Origin: an uncultured Bacteriovoracaceae bacterium
GTDB taxonomy: Bacteria > Bdellovibrionota > Bacteriovoracia > Bacteriovoracales > Bacteriovoracaceae
Length of the DNA: 64,000 nt
Direction of reading: 5' to 3'
Assembly (NCBI GenBank): GCA_964012805.1
Contig: CAXGUD010000011.1
Coordinates: forward strand, 1-64,000
The notes under the pieces were generated by a model. The model saw nothing but the letters and a program-made list of their open reading frames with translations, searched no databases and had not been told where the DNA came from. This document shows, one piece after another, positions 41,306 through 52,763 of this stretch. The position numbers and the translations under genes are program-made. How positions within the stretch are numbered: position 1 is the stretch's first letter; each line of letters begins with the position of its first letter.

Positions 41306-43877
41306 TATCTTTATTCTCTCTGCCAACTACGACAATATTTAAACTTTTTGAAAGTATTTTTTTCAATTGAGTTGAAAAGGTTTCATAGGTTAAATTTTGT
41401 ATAGACTGGTTATTTTTGTAAAAGAAATCCAATCCTCTGCCATGAAGAACAGGAATAGAATAAATATTGGCAAAGTCTTCGTTGGTTTGAATATTGATTA
41501 AGTTTTGGCCTTCTATCATAACTTTTATTTTTTGGAACTCTTTTTTAGGAATGCCTTTATTTTTCATTTTTTCTAATATTTCCATAATTGTATTAATCGC
41601 CTGAATACTCTTGTCGTGCCCACTAGCAAGGTAAATACCCCAGTAGCCACCTTCTAATGCTGTAAAGTGAACTGGTTGTATAGAATAACAAAGTCCTTTT
41701 TTATCTCTGACTTCTACAAATAATTTAGATGATTGACCTTGGAGGTAAGTGGTTAGCATCTTAAAAATAATTGTATCTTTTGAGCCAAGTTTTCCACTTG
41801 GTATTCCTAAAAAAATTTGTGTTTGTTCCCTATCAAAATTAATAAAAACTTTTTTCCCAAAAGACATTATTTGTTTCTTTGAAGATAAAGTCTTCTTATT
41901 CCTCTCATTTAATTTGGTACAGAAAGTTTCTATGGAATTATAAACAGTATTGAAAGGCAGGTTTCCACAGTAAGTGAAAAGGATTTCTTTGTTGTTGAGA
42001 TTTGAATCGTGTAGGTCTTTTAATTTTTTTTTCGTGAGTGATTGGATTGATTTTTTACTTCCCAAAATATTTTTTTGATAAGGGTGATCGTTAAACAATA
42101 TTTTATTTAAATTTAAAAAGCATTGTTGAACAGGATCTTTCTCTTGATTATCTAAAGCTCTTAAAATCATTTCTTTTTCATGATTAATTAATTTTAAAGG
42201 AAAGTTAGGCTTTAATAATGATCCAAAAAAATGATCAACGAGGTCTTTAAAGTCCTTAGTTTGGCCGTGGAGTGATAGTCCGTAGGCATTTTTTCCAGAA
42301 AAACTTGAAAAACTTGATGATTTGTTTTCGAATATTTCTCTGAGGTAGTCATCAGAAAAATTGTCGTATCCAGAAGTTAATAAACCACTGATCATATTGT
42401 AAATACCATTGTTTTTATCACTTTCTTCTGAAAGACCACCTTTAAGAAAAGCTTGAAGAACAAAAGTTGGGTTCATTTGGTTGTATCTATAAAGAAGTTT
42501 TATTCCTTTTTTAATTTCAATTAATTTAACAAGTGGATCAAAATTAGATTTTTGGACATTTTTTGTGAGGGCCTTATCACTTTTATAATTTAATTCTTTA
42601 AGCGTCCCTAAGCTTTTTTGGAACTTCTTTATCTTAATTTCTGCTTTGTCTAAATTTTCATTTTCTGGAATTTGAAGAGCGATATGTATTGGTCTTGAAA
42701 AGATATTTCTAAGGGCAACGTTCACTTCTTGAGTGTCAATTTTTTCAATAAGGTTTATGAACTTCGCTTCTGAGTAAATATCTCCATTCTGTGCGTAGCT
42801 GTGTCCGAAGCTAAAAGCATAGGACTCTAAAGTTTCTTTGTCATAAATTTTGGATGACAAATATTGATTTTTTATTTTTTGAACTTCTTTATCTTCAAAT
42901 CCATTAATTAAGTTTTCTTTTATAATTTTGTACAAAGTCTTTTCAAGTTCATTAAAGTTTTTATAAGGGAAGCTAATTTTGATAAAATGCACTCCACCCT
43001 TTGCCATAAATAATGTGGATGAACTACTTGAGTTTGTGAGTGCGGACCCCATTACGAGGCCTTTAAAAAGCCTTGAAGACTCGCCATGCCCCAGGCAGTT
43101 TATAGCGAGATCCTCAGAAGCACTTTGACTACTCAAATAATCTGGAGCTTGAATGATAATACTAAGTTGTGCATTTTTCACATCTTTTTTATGAACCTGA
43201 ATCTTAGGTTGTGAAAAAAGCTCAAACTTTGGAAATTTTGACTTATTACCTTTTGGAAACGAAAAACTTTCTATTAATTTTGGTATAGACTTATAATTTT
43301 TTAAGTTTCCAGCGATTATAAGCATAGAGTTTGAAATGTTATAATGCTTTTTTCTAAAATTTGCTAATTGGCTTTTTGAAAAGTTTTTTATGGTTTTAGC
43401 ACCTCCTAAAATAGGATGATTATAGCCGTTCCTAAAAAACTTTCTTTGGAGTTCATGAAATGCAAATTGTCCAGGGTTATCAAGAGACCTTCTAAACTCC
43501 TCAAAGACAACTCCTCTTTCAGGGATAATTTCCTTTTTATCAAACTTGGGGTTTGAAACCATATCTAGAAGTATTTCAGTGCCTTTTTTCAAGTATTTGT
43601 TTGGAACGTTAATATAGTAGCAGGTGTAATCAAATGAGGTGAAAGCATTTATCTCTCCGCCTATAGATTCGATATCTTTTGCAATCTGTGATCCCGGCCT
43701 GTTTTCTGTTCCTTTAAAAAACATATGCTCCAGGAAGTGGGCTATTCCATAATCTTCTTTTTTTTCTAGTGCGCTTCCAGCTCTAAACCAGAATTGTATT
43801 GATGCGGCGCTTGAGCCAGGCCAGTTTACGAAAAGAGTTTTTAGATTGTTATTGAGTTCTTGAAGGTTATGGTGCAT
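41283..43877 (-). CDS. M16 (pitrilysin/PqqL-like) zinc peptidase with two fused halves
   Basis: Inverted zinc motif GIAHFLEHMFFKGT and INAFTSFDYTCY; inactive second half with SSKLFVEVRDKKGLCY. Likely start is ATG 43877, after AGGA. Confidence 0.92.
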   Translation of the reverse strand: MHHNLQELNNNLKTLFVNWPGSSAASIQFWFRAGSALEKKEDYGIAHFLEHMFFKGTENRPGSQIAKDIESIGGEINAFTSFDYTCYYINVPNKYLKKGTEILLDMVSNPKFDKKEIIPERGVVFEEFRRSLDNPGQFAFHELQRKFFRNGYNHPILGGAKTIKNFSKSQLANFRKKHYNISNSMLIIAGNLKNYKSIPKLIESFSFPKGNKSKFPKFELFSQPKIQVHKKDVKNAQLSIIIQAPDYLSSQSASEDLAINCLGHGESSRLFKGLVMGSALTNSSSSSTLFMAKGGVHFIKISFPYKNFNELEKTLYKIIKENLINGFEDKEVQKIKNQYLSSKIYDKETLESYAFSFGHSYAQNGDIYSEAKFINLIEKIDTQEVNVALRNIFSRPIHIALQIPENENLDKAEIKIKKFQKSLGTLKELNYKSDKALTKNVQKSNFDPLVKLIEIKKGIKLLYRYNQMNPTFVLQAFLKGGLSEESDKNNGIYNMISGLLTSGYDNFSDDYLREIFENKSSSFSSFSGKNAYGLSLHGQTKDFKDLVDHFFGSLLKPNFPLKLINHEKEMILRALDNQEKDPVQQCFLNLNKILFNDHPYQKNILGSKKSIQSLTKKKLKDLHDSNLNNKEILFTYCGNLPFNTVYNSIETFCTKLNERNKKTLSSKKQIMSFGKKVFINFDREQTQIFLGIPSGKLGSKDTIIFKMLTTYLQGQSSKLFVEVRDKKGLCYSIQPVHFTALEGGYWGIYLASGHDKSIQAINTIMEILEKMKNKGIPKKEFQKIKVMIEGQNLINIQTNEDFANIYSIPVLHGRGLDFFYKNNQSIQNLTYETFSTQLKKILSKSLNIVVVGRENKDIKKFFSS

Positions 43878-43985
43878 ATTGTCTTTTTCCTGATCGTCTA
43901 AGGTTCCAGTTTTCATTGTCTGTTAATTGTGACGGTAAATTATATATTAGGATACTTTTTTTATATTGATTGGAGAATTGATATT

Positions 43986-45134
43986 TTGGAAGACAAGAAA
44001 ATAAAAATTGAAGACGAAGTGAAGTCCCTTTATATCCACTTTCCTTTTTGCAAGCATATTTGTAATTATTGTGACTTTTATAAGAGGGTGCCTAGTGAGG
44101 CTTACAATGTTTCTTCTTTTCATAACTTATTTAATGAACAGGATGTAGTCCATGAAAGAATTTTATCAACAAGAGGTTTAAAGCTTGGTGGGTTGGAGAC
44201 TTTGTACATTGGGGGAGGAACTCCTTCTCTTTGGGGTGAGGAGGGCGCTCGTTTCCTAGAGTTATTTTTGCGGAAAAAGGGTTTAGAGCTAAATAATAAA
44301 GGAGAGTATACCCTTGAGGTTAATCCAGGTACATGGACTGATAAGGTAATTTCTCGCTGGTTAAAAGCTGGGATAAATAGGTTTTCTGTTGGGGTTCAAT
44401 CTTTAGATGAACGCTTTTTACCAATACTTGATCGGGTTCATACACTTCATGAATCCTTTGAGTTACTTGATTATTTCAAAGGAGTAGAGCTCGATTACTC
44501 TGTAGATTTTATGTTAGGGCTTCCGAACTCTGAAAGTCTTCAACGGAATGTTTTAGAAGAATTAGATAAAATATTATTTTATAAGCCATCCCATATAAGT
44601 CTATATATTTTGACAACGAAAGAAAGTTATATTCATCAAAAATCTTTGCCTAAAGATGATTGGATAGCAGAGGAATATTTAAAAGTGTCTAACTTTTTAA
44701 TTGAAAGAGGTTTTAATCATTATGAAGTCTCCAATTTCTCTCTTCCTGGGAAAGAGTCTAAGCATAATTTACGATATTGGAGCCTTGATTCTGTCGCTGC
44801 ACTTGGGCCATCTGGAACAGGTTTTCTTAAAGGTAATAATGGAGGCTTTCGCTATAAATGGAATGTTCATGATAGTAGGGTAAAGGAGGAGGTCCTAAGC
44901 AAGAGAGAGTTTGAGCTGGAGAAGATCTATCTCAGTCTGAGAACTTTTCGAGGACTAAATGTAAGCGATTTATTTGGCAAAGATAATGACCATGCCTTAT
45001 ATTCGTTGATTGATGAGTGGCGTTTGAAGGGCTACTTGAGTTCCCTTGAAAATGAGAGGGTGAGTCTTTCCCCTAAAGGCTTTTTATTGTTGGATTCTAT
45101 AATGGATGATCTTTTTAGGGAAAAGATTGTATAG
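43986..45134 (+). CDS. hemW: Radical SAM heme chaperone HemW (HemN-like)
   Basis: YIHFPFCKHICNYCDF (CxxxCxxC), GGGTPS, YEVSNF and HNLRYW, the HemW-type HNxxYW motif. Start uncertain (TTG 43986 or GTG 43929). Confidence 0.85.
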   Translation: MEDKKIKIEDEVKSLYIHFPFCKHICNYCDFYKRVPSEAYNVSSFHNLFNEQDVVHERILSTRGLKLGGLETLYIGGGTPSLWGEEGARFLELFLRKKGLELNNKGEYTLEVNPGTWTDKVISRWLKAGINRFSVGVQSLDERFLPILDRVHTLHESFELLDYFKGVELDYSVDFMLGLPNSESLQRNVLEELDKILFYKPSHISLYILTTKESYIHQKSLPKDDWIAEEYLKVSNFLIERGFNHYEVSNFSLPGKESKHNLRYWSLDSVAALGPSGTGFLKGNNGGFRYKWNVHDSRVKEEVLSKREFELEKIYLSLRTFRGLNVSDLFGKDNDHALYSLIDEWRLKGYLSSLENERVSLSPKGFLLLDSIMDDLFREKIV

Positions 45135-45182
45135 TTATTTCAAATACTTATGCCCCTTTTGTACTTTTTTTTATCTATCATA

Positions 45183-45209
45183 TTGACACCTCTGAAACCA
45201 CCTCCATCT
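45183..45209 (+). promoter_or_regulatory. Putative heat-shock (sigma32-like) promoter of grpE-dnaK-dnaJ
   Basis: TTGACA-N13-CTCCATCT, compared with the RpoH consensus TTGAAA-N13/14-CCCCATNT. Confidence 0.5.
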
Positions 45210-45252
45210 TAGAGTGAGATTAAAATTAACTTCATTTTTGAGGACAAAAATA

Positions 45253-45885
45253 ATGACTGAGACTGTAGAAAGTAAGAAGGAAAAAACATCTGAACAAGCG
45301 GCGAATGCAAGTGCTTCTGATGATTTAAAGGAAACTGAAGAGAGTTGTGAGATGTCTGATGATAATGTTGGGAGATCTGACGTTGAAAAAAACTCCGATG
45401 AAAACGGTGAAAGTAACGTTGAAGAGCTAAGGAAAGAATCTAAAGCTGAAAGTGAACAAGAAGACTTTAAAAAGAAGTTTTATTATCTTGCAGCTGAAAT
45501 GGAAAATATGAAGAGAAGATCTTCTAAAGAAAAAGAAAACCTCATTAAGTTTGGTAATGAGAAAATTCTTTCATCTCTTTTGGATGTTGTTGATAACTTG
45601 GAAAGAACGGTACAAGCTATTGAATCTGAAGAAGATGAGAAAATTAAAAACATTGCTAGTGGTATAAAAATGGTTCATGGGCAATTCATAGATGTCCTGG
45701 AAAAGAATGGCTTAAACATAGTGGAAGCTGTTGGTAAACCATTTGATCCTAGATTCCATGAAGCCATGGCTCACCAGCCAATGGAAGGAAAGGAAGATGA
45801 TGAAATTATATCAGAATATCAAAAGGGCTATGTTTTAAATGGCAGACTTTTGAGAGCTTCAAAGGTCATTGTAGTAAAGAATTAA
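45253..45885 (+). CDS. grpE: Nucleotide exchange factor GrpE
   Basis: AEMENMKRR, LLDVVDNLER, FDPRFHEAM and QKGYVLNGRLLRASKV motifs. Confidence 0.98.
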   Translation: MTETVESKKEKTSEQAANASASDDLKETEESCEMSDDNVGRSDVEKNSDENGESNVEELRKESKAESEQEDFKKKFYYLAAEMENMKRRSSKEKENLIKFGNEKILSSLLDVVDNLERTVQAIESEEDEKIKNIASGIKMVHGQFIDVLEKNGLNIVEAVGKPFDPRFHEAMAHQPMEGKEDDEIISEYQKGYVLNGRLLRASKVIVVKN

Positions 45886-45979
45886 AGAAATTGAGAATAA
45901 TTAGTTAGTTATATAAATTGTAATTAGAAACCCAGGAATGAAAAAATCGCTTTTTTTGGGTTTTTGTAAGGAGAGAGAA

Positions 45980-47935
45980 ATGGGAAAGATTATAGGTATT
46001 GATTTGGGAACAACAAACTCTTGTGTTTCTGTTTTAGAAAATGGGAAGTATAAGATTATTCCAAACTCTGAGGGCCACAATACAACACCTTCAATCATCG
46101 GGTTTTCCAATGCTGGTGAGAGACTTGTTGGTCAAGTTGCGAAAAGACAAGCTGTTACAAACCCTAAAAAAACTCTTTTTGGAATTAAAAGACTTATTGG
46201 TAGAAAAAATAATGCAGCTGAGGTTGAAACTTTTAGAAATGTTGCTCCTTTTGAAATATTTGCTAATAAAAACGGAGATGCTTGGGTTAAAGCTGACGGA
46301 CAAGAGATTTCTCCACAAGAAATTTCGGCTGCTGTTCTTGAAAAAATGAAAGTCGCTGCTGAAGAATATCTTGGTGAGGATGTCACCGAAGCAGTTATTA
46401 CTGTTCCAGCATATTTTAACGATGCTCAGAGACAGGCAACTAAGGATGCCGGTCGTATTGCCGGACTTGATGTAAAGAGAATTATTAATGAGCCTACAGC
46501 AGCAGCGCTTGCTTATGGACTTGATTCAAAACAAGATAAAAATATTGCCGTTTTTGATTTTGGTGGTGGTACTTTTGATATTTCTGTTTTGGAAATAACC
46601 TCTGAAGGTGTTTTTGAGGTTAAAGCAACAAATGGGAATACTTTCCTTGGTGGTGAAGACTTCGATTATAGAATTATTGACTTCCTTGCAGAAGAATTTA
46701 AAAAAGAGAACGGTGTTGATTTGAAGCAAGATTCAATGGCCCTTCAAAGACTTAAAGAAGCTGCAGAAAAAGCCAAGCATGAGTTATCTAACGTTACTCA
46801 AACAGACATTAACCTTCCATTTATCACAGCTGATGCGACAGGTCCAAAACACTTAAATGTTAATCTATCAAGAGCTAAGTTTGAATCTCTTGTAGCTGAC
46901 CTTTTAGATGGGCTTGCTGAACCTTGTAATACGGCTCTTCAAGACTCTGGCTTGTCTGCAAGTGAAATTCATGAAGTTGTTATGGTTGGTGGGTCGACTC
47001 GTGTTCCTGCTGTACAGGAAAGAGTTAAGCAAATCTTTGGAAAAGATCCTAATAAAGGAGTGAACCCTGATGAAGTTGTTGCAGCTGGAGCGGCTATTCA
47101 AGGTGGTGTTCTTGCAGGCGACGTTAAAGATGTTCTTCTTTTAGATGTAACACCTCTTTCTTTGGGAATTGAAACTCTTGGTGGTGTTTCAACTAAAATT
47201 ATCGAAAAAAATACAACTGTACCTGTTAAGAAATCACAAGTTTTTTCAACAGCTCAGGATAATCAACCAGCTGTTAGCATTCACGTTCTTCAAGGTGAAA
47301 GAGAATTTGCTAAAGACAACAAGACTTTAGGTAGGTTTGACTTAACTGGAATTGCACCAGCTCCAAGAGGTATTCCTCAGATTGAAGTTACTTTTGATAT
47401 TGATGCGAACGGAATTGTTCACGTTTCTGCTGTTGATAAGGCAACTGGAAAGTCTCAGGAAATAAAAATTACAAGTGGTTCAGGTCTTACCGAGGAAGAA
47501 ATTCAGCAAATGGTAAGAGATGCTGAGGAAAATAGAGACTCTGATCAAAAAAGAAGAGAGGTTGTTGATACTAGAAACCAACTTGATTCTATGATTGTGG
47601 CAGCTGAAAATATGTTAAAAGAAGGAAAAGATAAATTATCTGATGCCGCAAAAGGTGAAGTTGAAGGTGCTGTGACAGAAGCAAAGAAATACTTAGAAAG
47701 TGAAAGCATTGATGAGCTAAAAGCTGCTATTGAGAAACTTCAAGGTGTCACCCATAAAGTTGCTGGAGAAATGTATCAGCAAGATGGTGGACCTCAAGGG
47801 CCAGGGCCTCAGGGACCAGGAGCTCAAGGGGCAGGGCCTCAGGGGCCAGGAGCTCAAAATTCTGGAGGACAAGACTCTGGAAAGTCCGATAAAAAAGATG
47901 ATGATGTTGTCGATGCAGACTTTAAAGAGGTTTAA
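45980..47935 (+). CDS. dnaK: Chaperone DnaK
   Basis: [27 protein letters not shown] and [10 protein letters not shown] motifs; true start is ATG 45980, after AAGGAG. Confidence 0.99.
   Translation: MGKIIGIDLGTTNSCVSVLENGKYKIIPNSEGHNTTPSIIGFSNAGERLVGQVAKRQAVTNPKKTLFGIKRLIGRKNNAAEVETFRNVAPFEIFANKNGDAWVKADGQEISPQEISAAVLEKMKVAAEEYLGEDVTEAVITVPAYFNDAQRQATKDAGRIAGLDVKRIINEPTAAALAYGLDSKQDKNIAVFDFGGGTFDISVLEITSEGVFEVKATNGNTFLGGEDFDYRIIDFLAEEFKKENGVDLKQDSMALQRLKEAAEKAKHELSNVTQTDINLPFITADATGPKHLNVNLSRAKFESLVADLLDGLAEPCNTALQDSGLSASEIHEVVMVGGSTRVPAVQERVKQIFGKDPNKGVNPDEVVAAGAAIQGGVLAGDVKDVLLLDVTPLSLGIETLGGVSTKIIEKNTTVPVKKSQVFSTAQDNQPAVSIHVLQGEREFAKDNKTLGRFDLTGIAPAPRGIPQIEVTFDIDANGIVHVSAVDKATGKSQEIKITSGSGLTEEEIQQMVRDAEENRDSDQKRREVVDTRNQLDSMIVAAENMLKEGKDKLSDAAKGEVEGAVTEAKKYLESESIDELKAAIEKLQGVTHKVAGEMYQQDGGPQGPGPQGPGAQGAGPQGPGAQNSGGQDSGKSDKKDDDVVDADFKEV
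47789..47857 (+). repeat. 15-bp tandem repeat in the DnaK tail ([10 protein letters not shown], about 4.6 units)
   Basis: ggacctcaagggcca gggcctcagggacca ggagctcaaggggca gggcctcaggggcca ggagctcaa. Confidence 0.85.
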
Positions 47936-47974
47936 AAGGAAATAATTTATTAACTTTTTTCTTATTTATACTAG

Positions 47975-48009
47975 AAAAGCGGCCTATATTTAGTGTAGGC
48001 CGTTTTTTT
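47975..48009 (+). terminator. Intrinsic terminator between dnaK and dnaJ
   Basis: AAAA-GCGGCCTATA-TTTAG-TGTAGGCCGT-TTTTTT. Confidence 0.75.
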
Positions 48010-48029
48010 ATTTTGTAAGGTGCAGAAAT

Positions 48030-49145
48030 ATGAGCAAAAGAGATTACTACGACGTTTTGGGTGTTGGGAAAAGTTCTGATAAGGACGAGATCAAAAAAGC
48101 CTATAGAAAAATGGCCATGAAATATCACCCAGACAGAAACCCAGATAACCAAGAGGCAGAAGCCAAGTTTAAAGAGGCATCTGAGGCTGCTGAGGTTTTG
48201 TTGGATGAGCAAAAGAGATCTAGATATGATCAATTTGGTCATGCTGGAGTAGATGGGCAGACAGGTAGTGGCTTTAGCGATTTTTCTGACCTTGGGGACA
48301 TCTTTGGAGATATTTTTGGAGACTTTTTCGGCGGCGGGAGCAGACGGGGAAGATCTGGGAGAAGCCGAGGGCGTCCTGGCGAAGATATGCAGATGACTTT
48401 GAATGTTTCTTTCACTGAAGCTGCTTTTGGTGTTGAAAAGAAAATTTCTATAAATAGGTTTGTTTCTTGTGATGCTTGTCATGGGACTGGTGGAAGGAAT
48501 GGCTCTCAACCAACTACATGTGATATGTGTGGTGGTGCGGGAGAAATTCGAAGGCAACAAGGCTTTTTTACTGTTGCAACAACATGTCCGAAGTGCCAAG
48601 GAAGTGGAACGATGATTTCTGACCCATGTCATAAATGTCGTGGTGAAGGCCGAGTACGTGGAAAGTCTGACTTAGCTATAAAGGTTCCTGCAGGTATTGA
48701 TAGTGGACAGCGCTTGAAGCTCTCTGGAGAGGGGGGAAGCGGTTCTTTAGGAGGTCCATCTGGAGACCTATATGTTTTAGTTGAGATTGATGAGCATGAG
48801 TTTTTTGACAGAGAAGGCTTTGATGTTAGGTGCACTGTGCCAGTAAGCTTCTCGCAGGCGGCACTTGGAGCAGAATTGGAGGTTCCTACTTTAACAGGAA
48901 GAGTCTCCTTAAAAATACCTCCTGGAACACAGTCTGGAAAAAAAATGAGGCTTAAGTCTAAAGGGATTCAAAAGTTGGGTGGATATGGATATGGCGATCA
49001 AATCATAGGAATTCACGTTGAAACTCCGACGAAATTGACCTCTGAGCAAAGGGAAATTTTTGAGTCTTTAGGACGGCTTGATAATAAGTCTTCACACCCT
49101 ATGGCAAAGGGCTTTTTTGAAAAAGTTAAAAACCTTTTTCAGTAA
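48030..49145 (+). CDS. dnaJ: Chaperone DnaJ
   Basis: J domain with HPD, G/F-rich region and four CxxCxGxG repeats. Confidence 0.99.
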   Translation: MSKRDYYDVLGVGKSSDKDEIKKAYRKMAMKYHPDRNPDNQEAEAKFKEASEAAEVLLDEQKRSRYDQFGHAGVDGQTGSGFSDFSDLGDIFGDIFGDFFGGGSRRGRSGRSRGRPGEDMQMTLNVSFTEAAFGVEKKISINRFVSCDACHGTGGRNGSQPTTCDMCGGAGEIRRQQGFFTVATTCPKCQGSGTMISDPCHKCRGEGRVRGKSDLAIKVPAGIDSGQRLKLSGEGGSGSLGGPSGDLYVLVEIDEHEFFDREGFDVRCTVPVSFSQAALGAELEVPTLTGRVSLKIPPGTQSGKKMRLKSKGIQKLGGYGYGDQIIGIHVETPTKLTSEQREIFESLGRLDNKSSHPMAKGFFEKVKNLFQ

Positions 49146-49233
49146 TTGAGTATATAAAGAACTTTTTACTTAATGACACAGTCTCTGTAAAATAGCGGTC
49201 AAGAGTTTCGTTTGTCTTTACTTAGGAAGATTT

Positions 49234-51264
49234 ATGTATCGTAATTTTGTAAACCTTTGTATTACAGTTTTTATACTTGTTAAGGTTTTAGGATGCTCGG
49301 GAATTAGTACACTTGCTGACAAGGGGATAAAGAAAAGCCTTTATTCAAAGGGCTTCCTTGCTTTAATAGAAACAGCTAAAAGTAACTATCAAAATGGGAG
49401 TTTTGATAAGGCCCTCTCAATTTTGAAAGGTATGAAAGATCAAGACCTTCTTCCATCTGAAAGGTCAATGAGGAGAAACCTTCAGGGAGTGGTCCTTTTT
49501 TCTAAAGGCAATTACGAACAGGCCGTTTACAATTTTGAACTCGCTTTAGTTACTTCACGCCTGGATGGTTATTTAGATGCCCAAATTTATCTTAATTTAG
49601 CAAGTACTTACTTTAAAATGGGTCTTTACGAAAAGGGATTTTCGTCGATAAAAATGGTAAGATATGAGACTTTTAATAAAAGAGAGTTAAAAAATTATCA
49701 AAATCTTCATTACAAGCTAGCTAAAGAGGTTGGTGACGAGAAAGAAGCCCTTTTCTCTTTAACTAGTTTTTTAGATGAGAAAAAATCTGTCAGAGACCTT
49801 ACATCCAATCCCCATTTTGAATATTTGAAAAAGATCTTCTTTAATTTAAGTAGAACTGAAAGAGTCCGTTTTTTAGAACGTTTTGCTGAAAAGAAAAATT
49901 TCTCTGTTGGATACTTGGCTTATCTCCAGGTTGAGAAGTTATTTTACCAAGGAAATTTAGATGAAGCTAAGGACTTAACTTCTTGGTTGAAAAGAAAATT
50001 TGAAGAAAATGTAGAGCTTGTCGAGTTAGTGCAGTCTTTCACTAATAAAATTGATAATAATGATGGTGAGATCGACCCTTACTCTGTGGGAATTGTTCTT
50101 CCTTTGAGTGGGGCTAAAGCCATTTTTGGGAATAGAGCATTAGAGGGCGTAGATAGTGGTTTTAGAGATTTTCTAAAAAGAAATGGAAGTAGTGAAAAAC
50201 CTTTAAAAATATTTGTTGAAGACTCGAAAGGAAGTGGTGTCGTCGGCTCATTTCGTGTCGAGAAGTTGGCTAAAAAGAATAAAGTTTCAGTAATTATTGG
50301 AGGTCTTTTTTCCGATGAAGCCGAAAAAGAGTATTTAGCAGCTAAAAAAAGAGGAATCTTTTTTATCTCTTTGTCACAGGTTTATCTACCAAAGGAACAA
50401 AAGGATCACCTTTTATTAGAAATACCTGGATCTGTTGAATCGCAAGTAAACAAGTTATTTGCTGAAGATATGATCAAAAAGTTTGGATCTAAAGTTGCTA
50501 TTATTTATCCTGAAAGCACAAGAGGCAAAGCTTATATCGATGAGTTTTGGAGAAGGTCTCAATTAAAAGGTGTGAACGTCAATGGAATAGCTTCATTTCA
50601 AAAGGGCTTAAGTGATTATAGAGACCCTGTAATGAACTTACTGGGCCTTAAGTTCAAGAGGGAAAGGCAAGAAGAGCTTGAAATACTTTCAGAAATTCAC
50701 TCTCTTGAAAGAAATACCTCTGCTAGGAGAATCCAAACTCTTAAGCCTCAGATAGATTTTGATTGGGTTTTTGTGCCCGCTTTACCAAGGGAAGCCCTTC
50801 AGATTGTTCCAGCTTTTAATTATTATGATGCTTTTAGATTAAATATTATCGGAGGCCCTAGTTGGAGAAGTCACTCTTTGGCTAAAGAGGCTTCTGACAT
50901 AGGGAAATTGTTTTTTATTGGCGAAGATGTTCAGCCAGTTGCACACGACTTCAGTCAACGTTTTTTAGATAGATACAGAAGAAAGCCTAAACTTGTTGAA
51001 ATGCGAAGTTATGACGCCTTTAAGATTCTAGAGGCGTTACTTAATTCAAACTTTTCCAATAGAAATCAGCTGGAGTCTTTGATAAGAGAAAAAGCCTTCT
51101 TAAGCGGTTTAACAGGTAACTGGAGTTTAAGAGAAGGTGTTTGGTTCAAGGAGATGATTACTCTTCGTTTGAAGAAAGGCAAGGTTGAAAGGGTTCCAAT
51201 CTTAGAGAGTCAAGGAGGGGAAACTCCCCTTTCTGCAAATAATAAGGAACCCCGAGGGGTTTAA
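49234..51264 (+). CDS. LpoA/LppC-like lipoprotein (TPR repeats plus type 1 periplasmic-binding fold; putative PBP activator)
   Basis: Lipobox VLG-C, TPR-like helices (GNYEQAVYNFELAL), then VGIVLPLSG...IIGGL...YDAF...GLTG, typical of LppC/LpoA C-terminal domains. Confidence 0.75.
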   Translation: MYRNFVNLCITVFILVKVLGCSGISTLADKGIKKSLYSKGFLALIETAKSNYQNGSFDKALSILKGMKDQDLLPSERSMRRNLQGVVLFSKGNYEQAVYNFELALVTSRLDGYLDAQIYLNLASTYFKMGLYEKGFSSIKMVRYETFNKRELKNYQNLHYKLAKEVGDEKEALFSLTSFLDEKKSVRDLTSNPHFEYLKKIFFNLSRTERVRFLERFAEKKNFSVGYLAYLQVEKLFYQGNLDEAKDLTSWLKRKFEENVELVELVQSFTNKIDNNDGEIDPYSVGIVLPLSGAKAIFGNRALEGVDSGFRDFLKRNGSSEKPLKIFVEDSKGSGVVGSFRVEKLAKKNKVSVIIGGLFSDEAEKEYLAAKKRGIFFISLSQVYLPKEQKDHLLLEIPGSVESQVNKLFAEDMIKKFGSKVAIIYPESTRGKAYIDEFWRRSQLKGVNVNGIASFQKGLSDYRDPVMNLLGLKFKRERQEELEILSEIHSLERNTSARRIQTLKPQIDFDWVFVPALPREALQIVPAFNYYDAFRLNIIGGPSWRSHSLAKEASDIGKLFFIGEDVQPVAHDFSQRFLDRYRRKPKLVEMRSYDAFKILEALLNSNFSNRNQLESLIREKAFLSGLTGNWSLREGVWFKEMITLRLKKGKVERVPILESQGGETPLSANNKEPRGV

Positions 51265-51265
51265 G

Positions 51266-51376
51266 CTAAACTTTTGCCTTTGCTTTTTCAACTCTGTTTT
51301 TAAGGCGTAGTTTAAGCTTTAGTTGTGATTTTTTCCTATTCATTTTTGAAACTGTTCTTTTTCTTCCTTTTCCCAT
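51266..51376 (-). CDS. Small highly basic protein (36 aa), not in the ORF track
   Basis: MGKGRKRTVSKMNRKKSQLKLKLRLKNRVEKAKAKV*; strong AAGGAG RBS 5 nt upstream of ATG; fits the gap without overlapping the neighbouring gene. Confidence 0.7.
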   Translation of the reverse strand: MGKGRKRTVSKMNRKKSQLKLKLRLKNRVEKAKAKV

Positions 51377-51660
51377 GGGGACTCCTTATGATGTGTTGCG
51401 AAAAAAGCTTTGCTGAAATGATATTAGGGGATCTTAGTTTTTTTGGCAAGCTAAAAGCTTAGCCATTTTTTTCTCAATGCGTTGTCGGAAGGTTTTTTAT
51501 CTAAGACTTTTGTTTATAAGATGACTAAAGAAATTAGACTTTTGTAGGTCTTTACATTTAGAATGTTATGAAGCTTTTATTTTTGAGTAGTTGATTCGAT
51601 CATATAAAAAAGTGGAGTAATTACTCAATTTAAAAGTTAAACGGAGTTTTTAAAGATTAA

Positions 51661-52728
<1,068 letters not shown>

Positions 52729-52763
52729 TTCTTATTTCTGACCTAGGTTAAGGAGGACCTGAA

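Noticed and set aside
47789..47857. Repeat considered as a CRISPR array or collagen domain
   Set aside because: It is an in-frame coding repeat with no spacers and no cas genes, and its period is five residues rather than Gly-X-Y.
47922..48632. 236-aa minus-strand ORF
   Set aside because: Antisense shadow of dnaJ with no independent evidence.
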